Positions 21,360 through 32,522 of a DNA stretch of 64,000 bases are shown piece after piece. Position 1 is the first letter of the stretch, and the number at the start of each line of letters is the position of its first letter. The DNA lies in NCBI GenBank assembly GCA_039621445.1, contig CP154954.1, positions 36,999,703 through 37,063,702 on the forward strand, written 5' to 3'. The stretch comes from Euglena gracilis. Taxonomy: Eukaryota. The notes below the pieces were generated by a model, which was not told the DNA's origin, did no database searches, and saw nothing but the letters and a program-made list of their open reading frames with translations. A program made the position numbers and the translations under genes.

Positions 21360-21930
21360 GGGGGGTCCCTTTCTCAATCGGTTTGATTGGCTATTTTATC
21401 GTACCCCCCTTTGGGCAAGTGAGGCCCGAAAGGTCGGCTTGATCGGGGGGGGGGGGCGTGTTTTTTTGACCTGGGGGGGGTGGGGGGGGCAAGCAAGCCT
21501 TTGGGGGGGGGGGCTGGCCCAGGTGGCGGGGGGGGGGGGGGGGGGGGGGGCAAGGCATGGGGGGGGGGGGGGGGGGCCAAGGCCCCGGGGGGGGGGGGGG
21601 GCAAGGTGCAAGGGGAAATGGGGGGGGGGGGGGTTCAAGCCCCGGGGGGGGGGCAAGGCAAGGCCGGGGGGGGGGGCCAACCCTCGGGGGGGGGGGGCAA
21701 GTCAAGCCCACCTCTCGGGGGGGGGGGGGGGGCGGGGGCAAAAGCGGGGGGGGGGGGGGGCAAGTCAAGCCCACCTCTCGCGGGGGGGGGGGGACAGCTC
21801 GGGGGGGGGGGGGCAAGTCAGGGGGGGGGGCTAGGTCGGGGGGGGGGGGGGGGGGGGCAAGTCAAGCCCACCTCTCGCGGGGGGGGCAAACTTTTCCCCA
21901 AGGCCTTCCCCTCGGGGGGGGGGGGGGGGG
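21360..21930 (+). repeat. G-tract-rich tandem array in the 3' UTR of element 1
   Basis: GGGCAAG cores between long G runs; GCAAGTCAAGCCCACCTCTCG occurs three times. Confidence 0.85.
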
Positions 21931-22277
21931 GTGTTTTCTTTTTTCACCAAAAGGATTTTTGGTGATAATGGGCCCCCCCGTCCCTTTCCGGGTGGGAATA
22001 CCGTGGGGGGGGGCTGATTTTTATCCATTCAAGAAAGGATTTTTTTGAGTGGTGTTGGGCCCCCATTTCCTTTCACGGTGGTGAGAACCGTGGGGGGGGG
22101 CTCGGTGTGGTGGAACGGGATCTATGGGTTATAGATTCCTCCTCACCGTTACGCCACCACCTATACACGTTGCCGAACAATGTTATCGCAATTGCGTTGC
22201 AAAAATTCAAAGTGTCTTTCATTCCCACCCCAAGGAAAGCGAGAAGGAGAGGGGGTGAAACCCCCGACTTTCGTCGC

Positions 22278-22288
22278 AAGGGGGGGAG
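22278..22288 (+). promoter_or_regulatory. Polypurine tract of element 1
   Basis: AAGGGGGGGAG abutting the 3' LTR. Confidence 0.85.
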
Positions 22289-23380
22289 TGACGACCTTTT
22301 GAGGTCGACCGCCGGGCGGCGGAGTTTTTCCCTTTTAGAAGGCCTTTTGAGGGCGGTTTTGCTCTAATTTTAAGGCTTTCTAAACATTTCCATTAAAATT
22401 CCCTCTCCTAGGGCGCCCGTGGTTTGGTTGTGCAAGGAGAGAGATTGAGTGATGCTAGGTATTCCCAAAGGGTGATTTTGGGTCTATTTAGCATAATTTT
22501 AAGCTTTTTATGCATTTTTCCTTTGGTTTTAAGGGAAAATGTTGGATTTGGTGAGAGCGCTTGCAAGCGCTTGGAACAGAATTTTAAGAGATTGGCGCCT
22601 GAGTTCCTGAAGTTTTTGCAGGGGTTTGCAAAGCTCAATAATGATGGAATTCAGCATAATTTATCAAAATCAAGGGGGGAAACCTTGATTTTGACTTGGG
22701 TTGGTTGATTTTGATGCAATGGGCAAGAATTTGGGATTTGAGAGCGCTTAGGAATCAGCGCACTCAATTCTAAATTTAACTGCCCATCAAGGGCATCAAA
22801 ATCATTTTATTTTCACAGGGTTTTCCTCTTTACCTTTTACACCATTGTACTTGTTGTGGCAATTCAATTACAATCAAGTATTGGATTTACAATTGGTATT
22901 GCAAATGGAAGATCAACAAAACAATCAGTCATTTGAAGAAGGTGAGGTTTGTCTTCCCCCCACCTCATCTGTGGGAAAAGGGGCAGGGGGGTGGGACTCC
23001 TCAACTCAGGCAACCACAGGCCAATTTTCACCCCAAAACCCCCTTTTTGGCCCAGAAACTGTGAGAAATGACACCCAGGGGGGGGGGGTGTTGGCTCTCA
23101 CTGGTTCAGCTGAGCAGGGAGGGGTTGAAACCCCAAAGGCACCCCCCTTGGAGATCCCAGTGACACCCCCCTCAGGGGTCGGGGAGGGTCCACTGGGAGG
23201 TTCCTCCTTGGAAATGATGGCCCAGTTTCGGCCACAGGGGGGGCCAGAATGGGAAAAAATTTCCGACACAAGTCGGCTCGAGGAGCCAAAAAACGATCCT
23301 ACGCCGGAAACTGGCCCGGGGCGGGGGTTTCCGCTTCACCCCAGTGCTGCCGGGGGACATGGCAGCACGGGTGTGAAACA
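22289..23380 (+). repeat. 3' LTR of element 1
   Basis: Direct repeat of 9976-11065. Confidence 0.95.
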
Positions 23381-24675
23381 CTGGATGCCCCCTTTTGTCC
23401 AGAGCTTTTCGAAAGTTTTCATAACTGACATGAAAATTTGGGGCATTACACTTAGCCCAAAGCAGCCTGTTTGAAATTACCAGGTCTACCCCCCACCTGA
23501 TGTCTCAAAAATGGCCTTAGGCCTGGACTTACTGGAATTTGAAAGTAGGCTTCCTTGAGGTCTATTTTTGCTGCCCAGTGGCCTTTTTCAAAAACTGGAA
23601 AAATGTCCTGGATATGATCCAGCTTGAAAGGTTTTACTTGAAATTGCTGATTGATTTCTCTGCAATCTCTGACCATTCTCCACTTGGTTGTTCCCCCCTC
23701 TGGTTTTGAAATTAAAAACCATGGGATCAAATGCTGGGTTTCTGATTTTTCGTAATCCAACAGAGTTTTTTCTGCCTGGTTTAAGTACAGGTTGGCTCTG
23801 GGTTTTGGATGGGTGGACAATTTTGGGGGGATTTACCCAGGGGGGTTGCATTCCATTTTTCATCAATTAACATGTTGCTGGGGGCGGCATTTTTTGTGTA
23901 CCATTTTAGACTCTTCTGAAGTCACTGGTACAGGGGGTTGTCTCCCCATTTTTCCTCCATGGAATGTATTCTCCCAACTAGATGATTTTCTGGGTGCTGG
24001 GTGGGGGGGTTGGACATTGCACGCCTCGTGCCCCTGCGGATTGAGCACTCTCTAAAGGTGGCTGGGGGGGGTGTGCATGCTCTGCTCACAGAGTTTTCTT
24101 ATCCTCCACTTTGTCATTGGTGTTGTCGATTGACATACCATAGGGGCCCTTCTTGGGTCTCCCCCTTGCTTAGGCTTGCCCCTGCCATGGGTATTGATAA
24201 AGAAAGTTGAGGGGGGTGGCCCCCTTGTCCTCCACTGCCCCTGTGGGGGCATCCTCCTGGGACTGCCACAGTACATTAAAGCCCCCTGATGGCGGACAGC
24301 CTTTTAGCTTCTGGGGCTTCACCCCTTCTGATATTTGATGGCCCCAGTGGTCTTGAATTTTTTGATGTTGTTGATGATAATTCTTGCCCCACTGGCCCTC
24401 TTGAAATTTTGACAGTCCCCATTTACTTCTCTTTGACCTTTTGCTCCATGCCCACTGAAAATCTTGGGGGGCCTCTGGGGGCCAATCCTTTTCCCCTGGT
24501 AGGGTTTGTGATGAAGAAATGGTTGGGGGGTCGTTGTGGACCTGTCCTGCCCCTGCCACTGGGCATCTGTTTGTAGAATAGGCCACCCTGGCCTTGGTAT
24601 TGTTGGCCACCGTGGCCTTTGTTCCATCGGCCACCATGGCCATTGCTGTTGTGGCCTCCGTGGGGGAAAAGGGCC
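23381..24675 (-). pseudogene. DIRS 5' part (ORF1 tail and RT N-terminus), continuation of 7385-9975
   Basis: KWRMVRDCREIN, WAAKIDLKEAYFQI; joins the 9975 side in frame once the LTR element and one TSD are removed. Confidence 0.85.
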
Positions 24676-24680
24676 TGTAC

Positions 24681-27600
24681 GACATTTTACTCGTGGCCCC
24701 AACACAAAACATCTTACAAAATCACCTGAACACAGTGGTCAGGGATTAAATCAAATCAGGATTCAAAATCAATCTGAAAAAGTCCACCCTGCAGCCCACC
24801 CAAATAGTAAATCATCTTGGATTTCAACTAAATTTCCAAGCGGGAAAATTACAGGTGCCTCAGAAAATAAAAACAGTAAAAAGGAGCTGGGAAAAATGAT
24901 GAAAAAAGATTACATGTCAAAAAGGCAACTTGCTGCCATTTTGGGCCAAATCAGATGCAATATAATGGCCTTGCCCTTTCTAAGGGCCTTTACGGATGCC
25001 CTGGCAAATTTTTGGTGGAAAATTTCACAGCCCCATGGGACTCAAAACACCCCATTTTCCAAAGAATAAAGGATCAATTAAGAGAAGTAAAAATTCTGCT
25101 GGACACCTGGGGGGCAGACCCTTTCCCCAAAGTGCAACCAGGGAGTTGCAGTCAGACAGCAGTACCCATGCCTGGGGGGGGGTGGACGTTAGAACAGGCA
25201 AAATTGTGAAAGAATGAGGGAAAGCTCCATTTTGAACATAAATGTCAAAGAAAAAAGTGCAGCAATAAGCACAGTTCAAAGCCTCAGCCAGCCAGGGGAA
25301 ACTGTGCCCCTATCCGTGGACAATCAAGTAATTTACTATTACTTAACAAAAGGGGGGGGGGGCAGAAAAGACCGCTTCAATTACATGCTAAGACCCTTCT
25401 TCAAATGGTGCCTGGAGCACAACATAAACCTGCAAGTGAAGTGGGTCCCCTCAAAGTAATGCCTGGCAGACCACATAAGCAGATGGGAAATGTACAGGGG
25501 GGATTATTCACTGGATCCCCAACTTTTTCAATGGCTGAGCCAGCAGTTCAAAAATTACATCACCCTGAAAACAGACCTTTTTGCCTCACCGGGCAACAAA
25601 AAACTGCCACAATTTGTGGCCAGGTGGCCCCACCCGGGAACCACAGCAGTAGACGCATTACAGTGTCCACTGGACAACTTGGAGGATCTTTACGCAAACC
25701 CCCCCTGGTCTATAATCCAAAAATTTCTTCCCAGGTGAAAAATGCTTCCACAGGCCAAAGTTTTGATGGTCACCCCCTACTGGGATTCAGCCACATGGTG
25801 GCCCCAGTTAAAAAAGTGAAATTTCCAGGGACACCCTGCCTGAAAATTACCCCCTACATGGACATGTTCACCAAATGCAGGGGGAAAAAATGCCCCCCCC
25901 AGGTGCCCCCTGCCTTGCATGATTTGCTCAGGCAAATTCTGGAGGGGAAACAAATACAAAATACAACCACTAAATATTTCCTGGGAATAAACCCCAGTTT
26001 ACAGCGTCATGAAAGCCCTTTTAGGCTGTTATGGGTGATTTTGGACAATCCCCCCCCCCCCCGAAGCCACCACTGACCAAGTGGTTGACGCTTTAATTCA
26101 ACCGTTCCAATTTTCAAAGGCCCAAGCACGCAATTCATACAGTGCTATGCTTTTGCTCCATGGCTTTGGGTGGCGTAAGTGCCATGTAGGTACCTTATAA
26201 AGGAGTTTGGTACCAAAACCTGGAGAAATATGGTGCATTCTGGGATCCCCTCCCAATCCTCCTGGGGCTGGCACAGTCCCCCCTTGCCCTCTCATATGTG
26301 TACATTGCGTACACAACTCATTTTCTGTTCACGCATCCTCTGTTTTACAGATCATCTGATTTAACACAGCTTGAACAAGGTATTGGGGTAACTGGGATAT
26401 GGACCTCCGTGGCCCTTGCCGTAGTGGAATTACAGCTGTTTTGGCTTTTCTGTCCTTCGGGTTTCTCTGACCACTGTCTGCCTAAGTCTGTGGCTGTCAC
26501 TGGGTGGGTTTTTAGAAACTTTTTCAGGGAGGGATGGGACAGCTACGGATCGCCACGGTTGCACCGCGTCATGAGGTCGTCCAGCTGCAGCGGCAGGCAG
26601 TTCTTGTTGTTCAGCGGTGCTCTTCGTGTTGGTAATTGCATTTTTCATCGAAGTCTTTAATGTGTCAACGAATTCTGACTACGAGCGTGACCTTCTGGCT
26701 AATTTTATTGACTTCACTATTCGAAATTCACTTGTCAAGGCTCTTGAAATGTAGTTTTTCCAGTGTTGGAAAAAGGCCACTGGGCAGCAAAAATAGACCC
26801 ACAGCTTTTCGAATGTGTTCATTACTGACATAAAAATTTGGGGCATTGGATTCAGGCCAAAAAAGCCTGCCTGGAATTCCCAGGTCTGCCCCCCACCTGA
26901 TGTCTTACTAAGGGCCATAGGGCCTGGCTCACTGGGATGTGGAAGTAAGCATCCTTTAGGTCCAAAGAACCACCAGTGTGTTGGGGGGGGTGCTCCCTAC
27001 ATCAAAATCAAACGTAAAGGTCAAAAGTTCATAAGTGGGAGAGAGTTGTCTCTATTCCTCGGGTCCCCAAACCAGTCCGTTTCATTTGACGATGTCTTAT
27101 ATGGCAGCAACACGTTTCTTTGTGAAAACTGAGGCCTTTTAATTGCGTTAAAACCCCCCTATAAAGCCATTGAGGCAGATACCATTGCTTCTATAAACAA
27201 ATTTTTTTTTGGCCCAGCATGGGGTCCCCCCCAGGTTTTGGGACTCCTCTCCACCAGAGGGGCAGGGGTTGGTTTACGCAAAAAATTTGGCCTTTCTGCA
27301 CAAGAAGTTTGTAAAATTGGTCAGTGGAAGGGAGTGGAGGCTTTCACAGCCCCCTATCAAAGACTTGGTGCCCAAGGTGCTTTGGAGAATGCCCTGGCCC
27401 CCCTTTTTTCAGTGCACAATCTGGCCTCTCAATGACAAAGTGTGGAGCCCGAGGTGTCTCGTACTCCGTCGACGCAAACCGACCAGGGAGGAAGAGGCAC
27501 CGAGGGCGAAGCACAAAGACCTGTGAGCCTGACCCCCCCACCAGTATAAGAAAATTTGTCTTCAAACGCCCTCGATCAGAAGATGGGGGCAAGGGAGGGG

Positions 27601-27823
27601 GAGGTGGGGGGGACACCCCAGTGAAAAAGGCAGCGCCATGGTCGCCACGTCGGAGACAATGCCGCCGACTCTGGCGAAAAAAGGCACTAAGCGGGACTTC
27701 CTAACCCAGCGCACCAAACAATCACAACAAATCGCCGGCGAGCAAGGCATGGCCTCACAATATCTTTGTGCTTCGCCGTCGGTGTCCCTTCCTCCCTGGT
27801 CGGCTTGCCTCGAGGGAGTACGA
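24681..27823 (+). mobile_element. Second, rearranged copy of the same DIRS family in opposite orientation (RT C-terminus, RH, MT, YR, terminal inverted repeats)
   Basis: Homologous to 7385-9950; TDLFASPGN...LYANPPW at ~25570-25710; YR pieces at ~25920-26365 and ~26960-27435; minus-strand fragments intercalated at ~26370-26960. Confidence 0.8.
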
Positions 27824-28239
27824 TTTAGGGGGGTTTAGCAGTCGGCGAACTGGACCCGTCAGCACATTGCTGTGGGTGCTTTGCCGACAAGGCGGAAGAC
27901 TGCCCACTGTCCCCCTCCCACCCAACCCCGTCCCACAGACCAGCTACGGACCCCCCCCTTCAGTGTACCGTTTGTGGCCCCACCGTGCCCGAAAGTAAAA
28001 TCGCTGAAGATATTTTGTTGAATGATCTATTAAAGGAATTTTTTGGGGGATGTTCTTCAAAAATTGACTGCTTTTTCTCAGTGAAAAGGCTGTCTGTTTC
28101 CCCCACCACGTGGTCAATAAGAAAGTATTTTTGAGCCCAGGAACACCACTTTTGGTGGGGCACTTAGGAAATTGTCCGCCTCCCGTGGGGGGTCAGCGCA
28201 CCCAAAAAGCCCGAATAATCGAGTCATTGGCGGTTTTCT

Positions 28240-28645
28240 CCCCAAAACCCCCCAGGACCCCCCCCAGGACCCCAGCAGCACCCCCAGGACCCCCCCCCCC
28301 AGAACCTCCGCAGGACCCCCCCAGAACCACCCCAGGACCCCCCCAGGGGGGACCCCCCAGGACCCCCCAAAACCCACTGGGGGGCGGTACCAACATGACC
28401 CAGTGACCGGGAGTTCCGGGGCCTTTAGCTCCCGCTACCGGGTGGGGCTCCCGCCCCCCCCGGACCCCCTGGGCTTCAAAACAACCACATCGCGTGCTGA
28501 AAAAAATTGCCAAAAAGTTGCGGGACACCCCAGGAACCCCAGGACCCCCCAGAACCCTTCCAGGAACCCCCAGGGCACCCAAGGCCCCCCAGGACCCCCC
28601 AGGACCCCCCAGGACCCCCCAGGAGCCCACCCAGGACCCCCCAGT
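28240..28645. repeat. CAGGACCCCC(C) minisatellite blocks
   Basis: Tandem 10-11-bp units at ~28245-28370 and ~28525-28645. Confidence 0.8.
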
Positions 28646-29013
28646 GGAAAACTCTTTTGGGCACAATACTTTCCTGTGTTTGTAATGTAATTTTGTTTTT
28701 CCATTTCTGTTATTGTTGTTTCTAGATGTTTAAAAATGTCATCTAGAAAATTGAATCGGCGTGGACACCAAAGTTCCGCCACGAACCATTCCTTGGCCAA
28801 CCATGTTCTCTCCCTGTATACGTATACATATACGTTTACATACACATATACATACACACATGTGTGTATAAACACGCACACATGTATCCTTTTTTTTCTT
28901 TTGACCCCATTTCCTCAGCACTTCCCCATTACGGGACCTAACCCTCTGCACAGGCTGTTGTTTGTGTGCGTGTGTGTGCCACGGTCCAGTCTTACTGATT
29001 TTCGCGCCGGCAG

Positions 29014-31310
29014 TTGGCTGACATTGCCCTGACGTCAAAAGTGACAAATTTGAAAAAAACCAAGATGAACCCCCAAAACGCAGTGGACACAATGACTGAT
29101 TATGACAACTTGCTGCAGAAGCTCATCAGCGACACCCTGGTCTTCGAGGCATCCTGGTCAAGATTCATGTTCGACTTGGAGGCCCTGCAGCATTTAATGG
29201 ACACACCGCGAGATAAAATCTTATTTCTGTTGGCAGCTGGCAGCCGCTTTCAAGGCACTGGGTGGAACACGGTTCGAGCATCAAAGAAGGTACACGAATT
29301 GACAGGCTGTGCATCGGTGAAGAGATCTATTAAAACCTTCAGAGAATTTTGGTTAGACACCATTGCCGTTGTCACCGATGTCGAAATTGCAGCCATCGAA
29401 CTGATTCCAGATTTCGCAGGTGTGGCCTTCACCCTGGCAGCCCAAGTGCTGCAACAGAACAACCACCCACCCCCAGATGCCCTGGCAGACCGCTGCAATT
29501 GGACGAGACAGAGGAAGAGGAGAACGTACACTTCCCCTGGGAAGACCTGGAGACCTCACTACCCTGGTGATAACAAAATCGACGTTCGTCGTCTCTTGGA
29601 GGCCCACCCAAAGTTCAATAACCCGCCAGCTCGTGCGACCGGGAATCAGCTCGTGGGCGACGCACGGAAGAAGCAGGACCAGTTCCTGAAGAGCGTCAGC
29701 ACCAGTTTGCTACACGCACTGCGAGTCTACAGGTACGTCTGGGTGCACCCCGTCTCCAACGACAACTTTGGCAGTACCTCAGCGAGCTCTTATTCAAAAT
29801 TCAACAGGAACGACGTGAACTGGCTGTCCTGGGGATTACACGAAGACAAGGCGGTGGTGCTGCAGAGCTTTTGTCTGCCGAGGACAACGTAAGGAATTTC
29901 AGAGTGGAGGTTTCTATCCAGAGGATAATTATGGAGTCGAGACACCATTTTTCACAAAATGGTAGGTTTTCTTCTATCCCTCAGCCGTACTCCTTTCCTC
30001 CGCAGGAACCAGCAGCACCTGCAAGCCTGGTGGCATCAGGTAGGGCAGAGGAAAGTCAAGTCCCAAAGGAGGTTTTCGAGGAGGCTTCAGAAGTTTCTGG
30101 AGACGCGGCTCAAGGTCGAGGCTAGATACCAGCAGCAAAGGAGCTTGAACAAAGGGCGAAGGTACCCTCTCCCCCACCCCTGCCCCACTTTGGGGGTCCA
30201 AGGACAAAGGAGGCCAGTTTGGTCAAGGCGACACCTGTGTTCCCCGTGATGACCCAATGTCTGTCACCCCCATGTATTTGAATTACCTGAACTCGCCTCA
30301 CTCTCTGAGCCTCCCAGGGGCAGACCCTTTGGTAGGCCTCCCTCCATTCCAAGGCCGAGGGAATGTCTTCTTTGGTGAGAAAAACATGCCCCCACCTTCG
30401 TGCTAAAGTTGATAAAAGTGGGGGTGGAACCTCACTACCCCAAGCTGGATCTAAGCTGCAAGGTGCACAGAAACACCCCAGCGGAAATAAGCCAGGCTCT
30501 AAAAGTCATGCACGAGTATGTAGAGGTGGGGGCAGCAAAGGAGGTAACCTGGGAGGGAACAAAAATTTTGGTTCCCTGGTTTGTAATTCAAAAGCTGGAG
30601 TCCAATGGAAAAGAAGAAACTGAGGCTTGTCTCAGACTCCTGAACCATAAATCAAGTTCTGCAACCCACCAAATTCAACCTGGAACACTGGGGGGACATT
30701 TTCCCCCAGTTGGAGAAGGGGATGTGGGCAGCCAAGGTGGACTTAAAAAATGCATACTTCCACCTGGAACTTTCAGCAGCACTAAAAATTTACATTCGAA
30801 TGCTAATTGGAGAGGAACTTTTTCAGATGGAGGGTGCTTGTTTTGGCCTAAGTACCCAACCTTATCTCAGGATGGAGGTAATGAACGTTTTCCTGAAAAA
30901 GTGGAGGAAGCATGGGCTTCAGATTTTCGTCTATTTGGACTACGTTTTTCTGGTGGCAAGGTCAGAAAAGTTGGCCCAAAAACACATGGCCCTGGCCCTA
31001 AAAGACCAACGGGACAGTGTGATGGGCATCAACTGGGAAAAATCAGAAGTCAACCCCAGCAAACACTTAGGCTTTTTTCTGGACCTTCAGTAAGGTGTTT
31101 TCCAAGTCCCCACGGGGAAGTTAAAGGCCATCAGGAAGGAGCTAGGAAAATTTTTAGCTCAGCCAGAAATATCCTTCAGAAAAGCTGCACCAATTTTAGG
31201 GCAAGTAAGAAGTTTTTTAACTGACCTGCCTCAGGGCTTTTACGGATCTCCTAGTGCAATTTTCAGACCAACGCCTTCAGCAAGGTTAAGGTCACAAGTT
31301 ACCTTGAAAC
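29014..31310 (+). pseudogene. Truncated DIRS-like element of a different family (ORF1 candidate 29014-29892; RT ~30400-31250)
   Basis: MWAAKVDLKNAYFHL, GACFGLS, FVYLDYV (decayed YLDD), INWEKS...HLGF; no RH or YR seen. Confidence 0.7.
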
Positions 31311-31686
31311 AAAGGCGGCGCCGGGGGGGGGGGGGGCTCTTTTGCAATCGGCACCTTTTCCGCCGCCCGACCCCGGGCCTCCTGTTTGGCGCCCTTCGGC
31401 TTCGCCTTGGGTTTTGCCTTTGCCTTGGACTTTGATTTCCCACCCATTGGCAGGAAACTTCCACTTCAACCCTTCAAAATTCAACCACAGCACAAAACTC
31501 AAATCTCCAAATCCTCAGTCAGTCCCATGATCCAGATATAAGCCAGGGGGCCACGACCCATGGTCCCAGCAATCAATTCATGAGGTTTGACTGTACAGAA
31601 AAAAACTAAACTTACAATGCGTAGCGTGCACATTATCTGGCGCAGCTAAATTCATCTGAAAGGTAGGGACATGTCCAATGCCACAC

Positions 31687-32522
31687 TGTCGGCCGCCGGC
31701 TTTCGCCGGCAGCCAAAAATTGCCAGAAGGTGCAAATTACAAAGTCGCGGGTAACAGCCAATCAGTTAAAAAAACCCGCGACTTAAATTGGAAGCGGGTC
31801 AAATTTCGAAGCGCCTTCGAATTTGTTTTTTTTTTCACAGAACTTGAGGGGTTTTCCCCAATATTTGGCAAGAAGGAATACTATTGTATCGAATTTGGCA
31901 ATTGGACTTTGATTTGGAGTGGCAAGTTGAGTTTCATTGTTGGTCATTGATTCATTGAAGTCAATTGAATTGAAGGAACCTTTAACACCACCGCCCACCC
32001 TCCTATGTCTTCACCTTCGCCTCCGCTTTCACCCCCGACGACCGCTCCTTGCCCCAAGGTTTGCACATTCCATACATTCACATTTCACAGTTTTCGGTTT
32101 CAAGTGTCTTCTCATTCAAGTTTCAGAGTTTCAGAAATCAAGTTTCTTTCAGTTTTTGACTTCAAGAGTTTCAAGCTCCAGTGGGTTGGTTTTGCTCACA
32201 AGGTGTGCAAGGGAGAGAGAGAGAGAAAAGTGAGATTTGCAAGCAAAAAGGCAGATCTTTCGATTTTAAGCAAAATTTCGGAAACCGTTCAAAAAACGAT
32301 CCTACGCACCGGCTGGGGTTGGGGAAACCACCTGGGTGAAAAAAAAAGGGGTTGACTTGAGCCCACCAACCCCCGGAGAAAGCGCAGGCCCCACCCCGGA
32401 AACACCACCCCCCCTGTCGGTGGTCCTCCCCACCGGCGAGGACCCCCCGGGGCCCTCCGCCCGAAGGGACTCGGCGGTCGCGGGGGCGACCGGCGGCCCG
32501 GGGGTGGCGGACCCGGTGAACA
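31687..32522 (+). repeat. 5' LTR of element 2
   Basis: TGTCGGCC...GGTGAACA. Confidence 0.95.

Larger units (their letters stand above)
9976..23380 (+). mobile_element. Full-length Ty3/gypsy chromodomain LTR retrotransposon (element 1) carrying a C5-cytosine methyltransferase
   Basis: TG...CA LTRs 9976-11065 and 22289-23380; 4-bp TSD CTGG (9972-9975, 23381-23384); PBS; PPT; gag, MTase, PR-RT-RH-IN-chromodomain. Confidence 0.95.
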
